Positions 39,459 through 49,657 of a stretch of 64,000 nucleotides of DNA are shown here, piece after piece. The notes under the pieces were generated by a model, which worked only from the letters and a program-made list of their open reading frames with translations, did not search any database and was not told the origin of the DNA. Within the stretch, counting starts at the first letter, position 1. Each line of letters starts with the position of its first letter. This stretch comes from a virus, in the IMG/VR virus record IMGVR_UViG_3300013195_000003, positions 14,524-78,523 of that record, one strand, 5' to 3'. Both the position numbers and the translations under genes were made by a program.

Positions 39459-41405
39459 ATGGCATTAATTTTCCCACCCGCTCTTGGGAGTATTCCATCG
39501 CCTGCATCGTTGACACCAACTTTAGTCTCCACTACATTTAGTGGAGAGACTGGGGTTGGTGCGCACGACTCGACAGACTGGCAAATTGCCACAGAGAATA
39601 CTTTCAGCTCAGCTTCTTTAGTCTATAACCAGAATGATACCGTCAACTTAACATCGTTGACAATTCCGTCTTCTACATTATCTTCTGATACTTTTTATTA
39701 TGTTCGTATCAGACATCGCGATGATGCGGGTGAGATTTCTAATTGGTCGCAAGTAGCAGAATTTAACACTGGTCTTCCGATTGGTACGCCAACGGTTACA
39801 GTTAGTTCACCTACTCCATTAGTTCCTGTTATTGTATCATCAGCTTTCGCTGGTGCTAATACACATACTAGATCTGATTGGCAAATTGCTACTGATATCC
39901 TGTTCACCAATATTGTTGAGCAGTTAATTGATAGTCCTTCCAGTCTGAATCAATATTCGCCACAAAGCTTGGTATATAATACTCTGTATTATGTTAGAGT
40001 AAGATATAAAGATAATTTAAATACCTATTCTGACTACAGTGCTCCTGTATCATTCTATACAGATACACAAACGAATGTCAATCCTAAGATTGATCGCCCT
40101 TCAATTTTAGCACCAGTCGATAATGCTTCTAATGTAACCATTACACCCACAATTACATCGAGTGGTTTTAGTGGTGCTAATGGTGCAACGCACGTGTCTT
40201 CTACCTGGGAAGTTGCATTTACACCTACATTTGGCAGTAGTTCTGGTCTAGCACCTGGAGCTGTTGGTACTACTTCTCCTCAGATTGAAAATACTAGCGG
40301 TCTGATTTATAGATCTGCAGGTGATATTAACAACAAAACTTCTATCACTCTCCAATCTGGCATTTTAGAAGAAGCGAAAACATATTATGTTCGTGTTCGT
40401 TATGAATATATTGACCTTCAAAATACCAGCTGGTACTCAGAATGGTCGGAACCAATTCAGTTCAATACTGTTGCTGTTCCTGGTGAGGTTCAATGTCCCT
40501 CTGTTACAAGTGTGATCGAATCCACTATCTATGATAGAATGGATGTTACGACATCGACATATGTTGCAACTCAAACAGCTGGACAAACTCACGTTCATAG
40601 TGACTGGCAGGTTGCAACAGATGCTGGATTTACAAATTTAGTGATTGTCGCAACTGAGGATAATACGAACAAAACTCTGTTCCCAATTCCTCTCGATTCT
40701 ATTCGTCCTTCTACAAACTATTATGTTAGAGTTCGTTACTATAATGGCAGCATTTACTCTGCTTATTCTCCTGGGTACGTCTTCCAATCGCCTGCAACCG
40801 CAACTGGTACCCTGCAAGATTTCACGCGAGTCCAGACGGACACGCTAGATGACCTCTCGGTGTCCACAAACAAGATCATTAACTTGAGTGTGACGACACC
40901 GAAACTGGGAGACAATGCTGTGACAGCAGCTAAGATCGCCACAGGTGGTATCATCGCTACTAACCTCCAAAACGGAGCAATCACTGAACCTAAGTTATAT
41001 CAAGTAAGTGGTAGTGAAGCAGTCACCACACCCACAATGCGTGATGGTGCTGTGACTTCACCTAAGTTAGCTGATGGTGCAGCAACTTCATCCAAGATTG
41101 ACATCAGTGGTGCTACTGATCCTGTTTCACCTGTTGAGGGTCAAGTGTTTTATAACACTGCTCAAAGCACATTCAAAACATATAATGGTACAAACTGGAA
41201 AGAGTCTGGTGATGCTGGTGACTACTACATCATCCGCAAACCAACGCCAGGCAATACGAACTTAACAGTTGTTTACGCTGGTAGACAAACTAACATTTCG
41301 TATGCAGAATACTCTGCAGCAGAGAATACCCACCAGTTCTTCGCACCAAGCGGTCTGGAATTCAATATAGATAGTAGTGGGCATCTTGTCGTCACCGTAA
41401 GATAA
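39459..41405 (+). CDS. Virion structural protein with FN3-like repeats and fibre repeats
   Basis: Four H..SDWQ.ATD..F..LV......YYVRVRY repeats; C-terminal VTTPKL.D.AVT..KI tail-fibre repeats. Confidence 0.75.
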   Translation: MALIFPPALGSIPSPASLTPTLVSTTFSGETGVGAHDSTDWQIATENTFSSASLVYNQNDTVNLTSLTIPSSTLSSDTFYYVRIRHRDDAGEISNWSQVAEFNTGLPIGTPTVTVSSPTPLVPVIVSSAFAGANTHTRSDWQIATDILFTNIVEQLIDSPSSLNQYSPQSLVYNTLYYVRVRYKDNLNTYSDYSAPVSFYTDTQTNVNPKIDRPSILAPVDNASNVTITPTITSSGFSGANGATHVSSTWEVAFTPTFGSSSGLAPGAVGTTSPQIENTSGLIYRSAGDINNKTSITLQSGILEEAKTYYVRVRYEYIDLQNTSWYSEWSEPIQFNTVAVPGEVQCPSVTSVIESTIYDRMDVTTSTYVATQTAGQTHVHSDWQVATDAGFTNLVIVATEDNTNKTLFPIPLDSIRPSTNYYVRVRYYNGSIYSAYSPGYVFQSPATATGTLQDFTRVQTDTLDDLSVSTNKIINLSVTTPKLGDNAVTAAKIATGGIIATNLQNGAITEPKLYQVSGSEAVTTPTMRDGAVTSPKLADGAATSSKIDISGATDPVSPVEGQVFYNTAQSTFKTYNGTNWKESGDAGDYYIIRKPTPGNTNLTVVYAGRQTNISYAEYSAAENTHQFFAPSGLEFNIDSSGHLVVTVR

Positions 41406-42665
41406 ATGGCAGAATTTTTCATCGACGTTGGTAAGATTAAGCTTACCTGGCAAGGCAACTGGTCATCTTCCACAGATTATGTGGTTGATGACCTTGTGTG
41501 GTATGATGACGGCAGTACCGTTAGTACTTACATTTGTGTTGCCGACAATACAAACCAAGGACCATCTGTTACTGGTACAGTAAACACTAGTTACTGGAAT
41601 CTATTTGCTGGTGGTGGTCTTGCTGGTGGTTTGCAACCTGGAGGTACTACATCTAATCAGATTCAGTATAGATCTGGTTTAGCACTGGGTGCTGAAACTG
41701 GATTTGAATATGATCCTGCAACTGACATTATGTCGGTCCCTGCTATCAGTATTGGTGGTAGTGCAGCTGGTTCTCCCGCATATGATCTGGATGTTACTGG
41801 TACAATGCGTGCCACTCAGATCTGGGAAGGTGCCAATCAATTGACATATAATATCAGTGGTGGACAGGTTACTACTGGTACTATTGACAATGCTAGACTG
41901 CCTGCAACAATTTCTGTTACTGACTTAGCAGCATCCGCAGGACTTGTTATTAAGACTGATGGTCTGGTTTATGACACTTCCACTGATCGTGTTGGCATTG
42001 GTACTGCCGTACCTGCAGCACGTTTGGATGTTAAATCAATTGCATTATCAACAGCTGATGATGTAGTTGCTCGTTTTAGATCTGATCATACCAATGCATT
42101 TGGTACGTTCATTGAAGTGATGCCTAATACATCACAGGCACAGAAGTCTGGTATTCATTTACATAAGAACTCTCTTAGAAGTGAACCTGCTACTATCGTT
42201 AATGATGGTGGTGTTCTTACCATTAGCACAGAGGATACTGCTAATCCTACAGTAAATATGGATTTGGGTGGTGTTAACAAATTTATGTTGACATCTGATT
42301 TGTTAGAGGTCAATACACCATTAAGACTTAATGGTTGTTTTGATGAAGCTGTGGATAATACTACTATCAGCTCTGGTACTGTTACTATCGATGCAACAGA
42401 TGCATCTGTGTTTGCAATTACTAGAACTGAAGCTATCACTTCGATGAGCATTAATTTGCCAGCAAATGCTCGTGGTGTTTCTGTTACTTTGGTGATGACA
42501 TCTAATGGTAGTTACTCTATTGCCTGGCCACCTAATACTAAGTGGGCTGGTGGTACACCTCCTACATTATCTTCCGTTGCTGGTAGAATTGACGTGGTTA
42601 CATTATCAACTACTAATAATGGTCTGTCTTGGTTAGGTTTCGTTGGAGGACTTGATTTCCAATGA
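41406..42665 (+). CDS. Tail fibre protein (paralog of 43321-44241)
   Basis: N-terminal IDVGKIKL.WQG.W.....Y.VDD.V.Y module; C-terminal SIAWP...KWAGG.PPTLS...GRIDVVTL.T...G..W.GF.GG.DF. Confidence 0.8.
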   Translation: MAEFFIDVGKIKLTWQGNWSSSTDYVVDDLVWYDDGSTVSTYICVADNTNQGPSVTGTVNTSYWNLFAGGGLAGGLQPGGTTSNQIQYRSGLALGAETGFEYDPATDIMSVPAISIGGSAAGSPAYDLDVTGTMRATQIWEGANQLTYNISGGQVTTGTIDNARLPATISVTDLAASAGLVIKTDGLVYDTSTDRVGIGTAVPAARLDVKSIALSTADDVVARFRSDHTNAFGTFIEVMPNTSQAQKSGIHLHKNSLRSEPATIVNDGGVLTISTEDTANPTVNMDLGGVNKFMLTSDLLEVNTPLRLNGCFDEAVDNTTISSGTVTIDATDASVFAITRTEAITSMSINLPANARGVSVTLVMTSNGSYSIAWPPNTKWAGGTPPTLSSVAGRIDVVTLSTTNNGLSWLGFVGGLDFQ

Positions 42666-43285
42666 GTCCTATTGGATTTTCAAAAGGTATTATTTTTGCT
42701 GCTGGATCAGGTTCTGGTGGCGGTATCTCTGGTCCACCTGAATGGAACTATGCTGATGGCGCTAGTCTTGGGACACCTAATACAGGAACAACTGTTAATA
42801 TTATCCTAGCAACCAATGTTGATTCGTACCGCCTAACTGGCGATTTACTCCCAGAACTGTCACTTGCTGTTGTTAATAATGAATTGATTCTTTCTGGAAC
42901 TCTTGATGAATTCGGATTTGCAGCTGTGCAGGTAGACGAGGGCAATAGCTATACCTTACGTGCACAAGATTTTGGTGTTACGAAGACATTCCAGATTAGT
43001 ATTTCTGGCGAGCAAAGAGAATTTACCCATAGACAGATTGGTAATACTCTTATTTCTAAGCAGTATGAATCGTATGGTACACCTAATTCTACTTGGAATG
43101 GATTGACATCGCAGCAGCAAGATGCAACTCAGAATGTCTCTGCTAGTAATGGTAACTGTCATTCTGGTACACAACGATTGTCTAATGGTGGTGTGACTGA
43201 AGTCAGTATCAATTCTAGCAATGGTAACTATGGCGACCCTTGTGTGGGTACATACAAGCGTGTCTTCACCTATTATACTATCTGA
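42662..43285 (+). CDS. Hypothetical protein, candidate fibre-tip adhesin
   Basis: ATGA overlap with the fibre gene; N-terminal MSPIGFSKGIIFAAGSGSGGG. Confidence 0.55.
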   Translation: MSPIGFSKGIIFAAGSGSGGGISGPPEWNYADGASLGTPNTGTTVNIILATNVDSYRLTGDLLPELSLAVVNNELILSGTLDEFGFAAVQVDEGNSYTLRAQDFGVTKTFQISISGEQREFTHRQIGNTLISKQYESYGTPNSTWNGLTSQQQDATQNVSASNGNCHSGTQRLSNGGVTEVSINSSNGNYGDPCVGTYKRVFTYYTI

Positions 43286-43291
43286 TAAATA
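43286..43291 (+). promoter_or_regulatory. Late promoter TAAATA
   Basis: Exact TAAATA 30 nt upstream of the second fibre gene. Confidence 0.65.
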
Positions 43292-43320
43292 AACAAAGAG
43301 AACAAGTATCCTGAGATTAG

Positions 43321-44241
43321 ATGGCTCTCACAATCGACGTTGGTAAGATTAAAATTAAGTGGAGAGGCACATATAATGCTGCTACCGCTTATGAGATTGA
43401 TGATGCTGTAAGTTTCTACGATGGAGCTACAACATCAGCATATATTTGTGTTGCAAATACCACTGGTAATGATCCTGCAGCTAACAACGTACTGCACCCT
43501 AGTTGGGAATACTTAGCACGAGGTACCGAATCTGCATCTGGTGGTACTGCAGATGGTCAGGTTCAATATAAATCTGGCACTGGATTTGCTGGTGAAACAG
43601 GATTTAGTTATGATGCTGCTACAGATACACTTACAGCTCCTAACGCTACCATTACTGGCAACCTCACAGTTAGTGGTACAACCACAACTGTAGACACTAC
43701 AAACACGACGATTTCTGATAACACAATCGTCTTGAATAGTGGTGAGACTGGTGCTGGTGTTACTCATCCTGATGGTACTGCTGGTATTGAGATTGAGAGA
43801 GGAACATCTCTTAATAGTAGTGTAGTTTGGGATGAGACTAACGATTACTTCACGCATTTAGTTGGCGGTGGTAGTCCAGCTAGATTGCACGTAGCATCTT
43901 ATTCTGAGACTGTTATTGCTGAGTCTATCAGCTCTGGTTCTTTGTCAATTGATTTGACACAGGGTGCTATCCATACTGCTACGTTATCTGAGAACATTAC
44001 TTCTTTCAATATCACTGGTGAACAAGCAGGTGCATCTACTAGTTTCATTCTTGTTTTAACACAAGATGGTGTGGGCGGTAGAACTGTTGACCTCTCTAAT
44101 TTCACTGGTCGTACTGTTAAATGGGCAGGTGGTGTGGTTCCAACTATGTCATCCAACCCTAATGTGACAGATATTTTCCTCTTTACCACATTTAATGGTG
44201 GTACAATCTACTACGGATTCACATCTGGTCAGGAGTTCTGA
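43321..44241 (+). CDS. Tail fibre protein (paralog of 41406-42665)
   Basis: Same N-terminal (IDVGKIKIKWRG.Y) and C-terminal (VKWAGG.VPTMS..PN.TDIF.F.T..GG..YYGF.SGQEF) modules. Confidence 0.8.
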   Translation: MALTIDVGKIKIKWRGTYNAATAYEIDDAVSFYDGATTSAYICVANTTGNDPAANNVLHPSWEYLARGTESASGGTADGQVQYKSGTGFAGETGFSYDAATDTLTAPNATITGNLTVSGTTTTVDTTNTTISDNTIVLNSGETGAGVTHPDGTAGIEIERGTSLNSSVVWDETNDYFTHLVGGGSPARLHVASYSETVIAESISSGSLSIDLTQGAIHTATLSENITSFNITGEQAGASTSFILVLTQDGVGGRTVDLSNFTGRTVKWAGGVVPTMSSNPNVTDIFLFTTFNGGTIYYGFTSGQEF

Positions 44242-44244
44242 TAA

Positions 44245-47200
44245 ATGCCATTATTCGCAGCGAAAGGAATGATGTCGTCTGGTGGCGGCGGAAATTTCTA
44301 TACCCTTGCAGAAGCAAAGAGAGATACGGCTGATAACTCTAGTTATCGTCAACCAACAGGTATGTTTGACGTTGCAACGTCATCTTCTGGTGAAGTCTAC
44401 ACACTGAATGGTGAGCGTAATACTCTCACTGGTTTATACAATGCTGTTGTTGCTAAGATCGGTGCTATCGGTGCTGTGTCTTGGCAATACACATTTTCGG
44501 CTGCGAAGAATGTCTATCCTTGTGCTCTAGCTTGTAATACTGAAGATAATAGTATCTTCGTCTGTTTGATGGTGACCACAAATGAAAATGGTCAAAATAA
44601 TTATAATCTAAAGCGTTATAACTACGCTAATACTGGATGGAACGATTCTACTAGTGATGCCATCTATCATATTATGAGGATCAGTTCTTCTGGTAGTAGA
44701 ACCTGGGAGAATGTTTGGAGTTCATCTAATTCTCTGTCCTACCCATCATCTATCAACAGGTTGAACAATGCGGGTAATGGATTTGAACACGCTAATGTGT
44801 TTGAGAACAGAAATACATCACCCACACAGCACGAAACATCTCTGATTGGTGCACCTGATCTCAAGATTACGAAGACGAGATCATATGATGGTACAAATAT
44901 GGCAGCTACCACGCCATTTGAACCTAGATCTGCTGCTGTCAATGATAGTGCTAATGCAATTGACCCCACCACAGATACATTAACTGTTCTTGGTAAAGCT
45001 TATGGTGGTGAAGAGAGTTATGAAGCATATGCATTAGATGGTCCTGCATTTGGTGGTCGCCCGCAGTCAACATCTAATATTGTTATTGATTATGATAATG
45101 ATCAGTTTTATATTTTGGTAGCAGGTAATGCTACTACTACAGATATGTCTGCTTCTCGTAGTACAATGCAGGCACTGCAGATTCCTTTCAGTGGAGTCAC
45201 AGTAGAAGCTCGTGAATTAGTATATCCTGGTGGATGGGATCAGAATGCTAAGATTACATTAGATAGAACTGGTAACTTATTAGTTCCTTGGACTGGCACT
45301 AATAAAGAAGCACCGTATAAGAATGCCACCAATAGACCTGAGCTATATGATACGGGTGTTTCTGCTTCTAACATTAACACCGCTAATACTGGTGCATTCT
45401 TGAAACTTGATTGGGATAATGTTGAGTTAGACTTAATTTATTTTAATCTATCTAATAATGCACCGACTAAGGTTTGTAAGGTAGAGTCTGAACCTCCCGC
45501 TGAAGGTACACTGTACGAATATATTACTACTGGTGGTTTAACACCAGCAACGACCGTTCAACTTGGTAAAGAGATAGCTAGTAGAGACAATACTGTCGGT
45601 GATAATAGAAGGCAGTTAGGTCGCCATTCAAACTTTGTTCAGCTTCATAAAAGAAACACTGCCACTAGTGCTCTCGAATGGGTGAGAACTTTCTTTGCTA
45701 TCCCTCGTGCTAGCACCAGGGATATGAACAATTGGTTTAATGATGGATCTACAACAAATAAAGGTGGTGGCGCATTTACAGCAGATATCCACGTTTCTGA
45801 TTCTAAGGTTTTTTCTAATGGCATATATTACGTTGGAAATGTAATTTTGCCTAGTTATGGTGTTTCTGGTACTACAGAAACTACTGTAAATAACTATTTT
45901 GGTTTCATTGCAAAAGTTAATTTTGATGGAAAAATTGATTATATCAGAGAAATCAGAGCTTTAGAGATTCTTCCAGACACTCCTAATCCAAACGAGAAAC
46001 CTGTTTATCATTATGCACCAACTGTTGATGGTGGTGTTCTGTTGGATAGCATCAACTTTGATGCATTTAACAATATGATTGTAACTGGTAGACACGTTGA
46101 TGCACAGTTCCAAGGTACTGTCGGCACTTATGTTAATAATATGATCTTTAAGTTGCCTCATAATGGTGACTTAATTGGTCCTATCGAAGTAATATCTGAT
46201 TACGATTCACATACCAAGAGATTCACATATTCTCCTGCGTCTAGTGTTAGATGTTGGGAGGAGACGAAGTACGATACTAGTATTTCTTATGGTGGCAACC
46301 TTGAGACATATAAACTGTTAAGATGTTGTGCATTGTGGAATACATCAGCTAGTCCTACTAATCCTAGTACTTTGGGTGCTGTTAGTACACAAACTAACTA
46401 CAATGCTTGGATGTCATCTGGGCAGAGAATGGTAGACATTGGTGCTGGTGGTTATGTTGGTAGATTTCTATGGACATCACCACAAACTAATTTACAGATT
46501 GATCCTACAACTAATAGACAGTGGGATCGTGCTACTCGTAGAAGTTCTTCGTCTGTGTTCTTACAAACCTACGAAGAATCTACAGCTAATAGTAGAATTG
46601 AAGTGCAGAAGTCTGTCCCTGGATTTGTATACGTTGACCAGACAGTTAATACTGACAATGCACAAACAGACTTTGATGTTCCTTCATATGCTAAGGCAAT
46701 TGGTCAAGGCAATACTGCTGATATTCAAGAGATTGCAAAGCACGAACTTCCTAATGCAATGGTCTCTGTGTCACAGTATTGGGACGGTGATTTAGGTCTG
46801 CGTCAACAGCTTTTAACACGTCACAGTCCTACTGGTGGTGTTGAGGCACGTATCTATGACACTGGTTATAACACTTATCCTAAAGATGTATGTGTTGATG
46901 AAGTTGGTAACATTTATACAGTAGGTTGGACAGCTGACACTACTAATAGCAATAACTTTGGTTGTGGTTATGTTACCTGTTATGATAAAGATATGGTATT
47001 CCAGTGGGATTATCAGTATGTGAACTCTGATACCAACACATTAGGCAGCGCTACTGATAACTATCAGATTCACGCTTGTGCTGTTACATTGGACAGCGCA
47101 AACACTGCGAAATTGTTTGTTGCTGGACATTTTACGCAAACTAATAGTGGTACGGATACACAGCTAGCAACAATTGGTGTCATTCCTCTCAGTATTGCTG

Positions 47201-48438
47201 GTTCTGGTGCTTCTACGGTAGTTGGTATGGGTATCACTAATTCTTCTATTGCTCTTGGCGGTGGACAATCTGGTAATGCTGTTGATGGTATTTTTGGTCT
47301 GGATGTTACCCAGGTTGATGCTACTGATGGAAACTTCTTGTATGTTGGTTATGCTGGCAATACATATGACACCACTGGTACTACCAATCGTGGTATGTAC
47401 GGTGTCACTAAATGGAATGGTAGTACACCAGACACAACAACAGCTAACAACTGGGCATATATCACTGGTGACGATCTTCGCTTAACATCATTTGCCTTTG
47501 GTAAGGGTGTTGATTCCTATGAGAAAGAGTTTAATTCGCCTAATGGTGATTTTGGTCTCAGGTTTGCTGTTGGTGGTGATGAGACGCAAGCAGGTGATAC
47601 TAATGGTGTTGTGATTATTGCTAACGTTAGAAGAGATAGTGCTGGTAGTAAAACACACTCTGGTGCACCTCTTTCAACCACATCAGTTGTTATCAACAAT
47701 GCTAATGGTGCTGATGTTGTTAGAGATTTGCGTTGGGGTTATGCAGAAACTCCTGGTGTTAACACATTTAAGTATGATTCTGGTACTACCACACGTGTAG
47801 ACAATAGACTTGGTGAATCTGCCATTGAGAATGATGCTATCAATACATTCTATGGTAGAAACGCATACGAAGATAGACTATATGTCGCACTGTCTGTTAC
47901 CAACCAGTTCTCGCAAATTGATACTTATGTGATGGAGATCACTGCTGCACAGCTTCCTAGTCGCACTGGTGGTAATTACAGAACACCCGATGCTGCTAAT
48001 GTCACTAGAGTTGGTAAGTTGAGTACATCTGGTATCACACAACCAGCTGGCGTTTGTGTTCTTGGTCCGCAGTATGGTACACTAATGGTGTCTGCTACCT
48101 CTGCCAACTCTGGTACACCTAATGATCGTCAGCTCTTGACTGCGAAAGTACCTCTTGATATGTCTAAAAAGGATAGTGCATATATTGAAGTGGGTTCGCA
48201 ATTTGTATACTGGGATGATCCCGAGTTCTCACTCACACTTATTGGTAAGGGATTGTTCTCTGTTGAACTTGATCAATTGAATACTACATCATATAATGAT
48301 GGTACGCGATTCTATTGGGGTGGTACCACTGCTAATGGAAGCTGGGCGCAATACAGTGGCAATAGTTATCCTGATGTTGACAACGTTGGTACATATGTTG
48401 TTCGTACTCAAGATTTGCAACAATACAAGCAATCTTGA
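44245..48438 (+). CDS. Large beta-propeller-like structural protein, candidate receptor-binding adhesin (1397 aa)
   Basis: Repeats like DVCVDEVGNIYTVGWT and AKIG..G.V.WQ; N-terminal MPLFAAKGMMSSGGGG. Confidence 0.65.
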   Translation: MPLFAAKGMMSSGGGGNFYTLAEAKRDTADNSSYRQPTGMFDVATSSSGEVYTLNGERNTLTGLYNAVVAKIGAIGAVSWQYTFSAAKNVYPCALACNTEDNSIFVCLMVTTNENGQNNYNLKRYNYANTGWNDSTSDAIYHIMRISSSGSRTWENVWSSSNSLSYPSSINRLNNAGNGFEHANVFENRNTSPTQHETSLIGAPDLKITKTRSYDGTNMAATTPFEPRSAAVNDSANAIDPTTDTLTVLGKAYGGEESYEAYALDGPAFGGRPQSTSNIVIDYDNDQFYILVAGNATTTDMSASRSTMQALQIPFSGVTVEARELVYPGGWDQNAKITLDRTGNLLVPWTGTNKEAPYKNATNRPELYDTGVSASNINTANTGAFLKLDWDNVELDLIYFNLSNNAPTKVCKVESEPPAEGTLYEYITTGGLTPATTVQLGKEIASRDNTVGDNRRQLGRHSNFVQLHKRNTATSALEWVRTFFAIPRASTRDMNNWFNDGSTTNKGGGAFTADIHVSDSKVFSNGIYYVGNVILPSYGVSGTTETTVNNYFGFIAKVNFDGKIDYIREIRALEILPDTPNPNEKPVYHYAPTVDGGVLLDSINFDAFNNMIVTGRHVDAQFQGTVGTYVNNMIFKLPHNGDLIGPIEVISDYDSHTKRFTYSPASSVRCWEETKYDTSISYGGNLETYKLLRCCALWNTSASPTNPSTLGAVSTQTNYNAWMSSGQRMVDIGAGGYVGRFLWTSPQTNLQIDPTTNRQWDRATRRSSSSVFLQTYEESTANSRIEVQKSVPGFVYVDQTVNTDNAQTDFDVPSYAKAIGQGNTADIQEIAKHELPNAMVSVSQYWDGDLGLRQQLLTRHSPTGGVEARIYDTGYNTYPKDVCVDEVGNIYTVGWTADTTNSNNFGCGYVTCYDKDMVFQWDYQYVNSDTNTLGSATDNYQIHACAVTLDSANTAKLFVAGHFTQTNSGTDTQLATIGVIPLSIAGSGASTVVGMGITNSSIALGGGQSGNAVDGIFGLDVTQVDATDGNFLYVGYAGNTYDTTGTTNRGMYGVTKWNGSTPDTTTANNWAYITGDDLRLTSFAFGKGVDSYEKEFNSPNGDFGLRFAVGGDETQAGDTNGVVIIANVRRDSAGSKTHSGAPLSTTSVVINNANGADVVRDLRWGYAETPGVNTFKYDSGTTTRVDNRLGESAIENDAINTFYGRNAYEDRLYVALSVTNQFSQIDTYVMEITAAQLPSRTGGNYRTPDAANVTRVGKLSTSGITQPAGVCVLGPQYGTLMVSATSANSGTPNDRQLLTAKVPLDMSKKDSAYIEVGSQFVYWDDPEFSLTLIGKGLFSVELDQLNTTSYNDGTRFYWGGTTANGSWAQYSGNSYPDVDNVGTYVVRTQDLQQYKQS

Positions 48439-48476
48439 CTTTGGTGGTATAATATACCCATAGTTCTCAAAATACT

Positions 48477-48737
48477 ATGGGTGCACATTCTCTTCCCGCT
48501 GACACTTCAGAAGCTTTCGCTACACTCTCTTCTCCACGTGACATTACTCTCACTCTAGAAGAGCGAGGTTACTTGAAAGAAATGCTGCACACATATAAGA
48601 GTATGTTTGCTGAACAGATGGTAGCAATGAAGTTCAATAATAGTACCGATATGCAGAAGCGTGAGGTGTTTCGTGAGAAACAACTATTCTATGGTGAGTG
48701 TATTATGAATAAACTGGTGCTGGCAGACACTAAGTGA
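48477..48737 (+). CDS. Hypothetical protein
   Basis: ORF preceded by extended -10 TGGTATAAT (48445-48453). Confidence 0.6.
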   Translation: MGAHSLPADTSEAFATLSSPRDITLTLEERGYLKEMLHTYKSMFAEQMVAMKFNNSTDMQKREVFREKQLFYGECIMNKLVLADTK

Positions 48738-48746
48738 ACTGTCTAC

Positions 48747-48780
48747 CCCTGCCTTCGGCGGGGGTTTTTTCTTGTATAAT
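48747..48780 (+). terminator. Intrinsic terminator overlapping an early promoter
   Basis: CCCCTGC-CTTCG-GCGGGGG then TTTTTTCTT, directly followed by TATAAT (48775-48780). Confidence 0.75.
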
Positions 48781-48801
48781 ACTTACATTCGCAATTCACC
48801 C

Positions 48802-49077
48802 GTGACTCAAGGCACTCTCCCTCCCCGCCACACGCTCAGTGTCAAGGATGCTGCTGCTCTTGAACCCTTCTACCGTGCTCAGCGTCCCCACGGTGCTGCG
48901 CTGACGTGGCAGCAGCTGCGCAAGGCAGGTGCTACGCCCAAACCAAAGGAGGATCCCTCGCTCAAATTTGTGTGTGATGCTTTCAATGCTGCTTACAACG
49001 CTGACCTGAACTATGACAAGATCAATCGCGAAGATTCAGATATTTCCGACGACAGTGTATCAGCTGCCAGTGCCTGA
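48802..49077 (+). CDS. Conserved cyanophage early hypothetical protein (GTG start)
   Basis: LSV..AAALEPF..A.RP......WQQLRK.G..PK.K.DPSL....DAFNA.Y; downstream of the TATAAT promoter. Confidence 0.6.
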   Translation: MTQGTLPPRHTLSVKDAAALEPFYRAQRPHGAALTWQQLRKAGATPKPKEDPSLKFVCDAFNAAYNADLNYDKINREDSDISDDSVSAASA

Positions 49078-49606
49078 TGATTTGTACAGTCATTTACTTC
49101 AGCAATGCTATACAGTAGCGTGGAGAAAAACTGAAGATGGATCTCGCAGTGTGTCTAGCATTAGTGATAATGTTGATTTTGCTGATGTTATCAGCTGGAT
49201 CAATGATTGTATTGCTGATGTGTACAATGACATCTACGAAGAACCATATGCACAAGGACTACAAGTCAGTGATGCTTGGTTGAATAGATCTGAGACTGGT
49301 GATGAGACACTATTGCACACACATCCGTGGTCAATAATCTCTGGTGTGTTGTACATCACTGGTGATGATGGTAGCACTGTATTTGTTCAGAATAATCCAT
49401 ACGATACTGTGAATCAGATGAGTATGTCTAAACGGTATCATATTAAGCAGGAATGTCCCATAGCAAATGGTACAATGATTTTGTTCCCATCTACATTGCA
49501 GCATTTTGTTCCTGTCAACAGATCGCGTGAGGTGCGTCACACTCTATCATTCAACACGATGCCCTCAGCAGTGGATGATGGACACCTGATAAGGTGGCAC
49601 AGCTGA
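49013..49606 (+). CDS. 2OG-Fe(II) oxygenase (TIGR02466-like)
   Basis: IFPT.VY, DAWLN.S..G.....HTHPWSIISGVLY, G.MILFPS.L.H.V, R.TLSFN. Confidence 0.85.
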   Translation: MTRSIAKIQIFPTTVYQLPVPDDLYSHLLQQCYTVAWRKTEDGSRSVSSISDNVDFADVISWINDCIADVYNDIYEEPYAQGLQVSDAWLNRSETGDETLLHTHPWSIISGVLYITGDDGSTVFVQNNPYDTVNQMSMSKRYHIKQECPIANGTMILFPSTLQHFVPVNRSREVRHTLSFNTMPSAVDDGHLIRWHS

Positions 49607-49636
49607 CGCTGACCGACCACCCATCAGCTGTATAAT
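49580..49636 (+). promoter_or_regulatory. Early promoter cassette (dyad motif + TATAAT)
   Basis: GGACACCT-GAT-AAGGTGGCAC at 49580-49600; TATAAT at 49631-49636. Confidence 0.65.
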
Positions 49637-49657
49637 AACTTCAGTTCAAACAAAGCA

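Noticed and set aside
41406-48438. Diversity-generating retroelement or invertase-driven fibre switching
   Set aside because: No reverse transcriptase, recombinase, template/variable repeat pair differing at adenines, or inverted crossover sites were found; shared sequence is limited to short direct blocks.
49600-49630. CAGCTG pair in a promoter as the target of the PvuII-like nuclease
   Set aside because: CAGCTG is common throughout the window and the enzyme's specificity cannot be read from sequence; probably coincidental.
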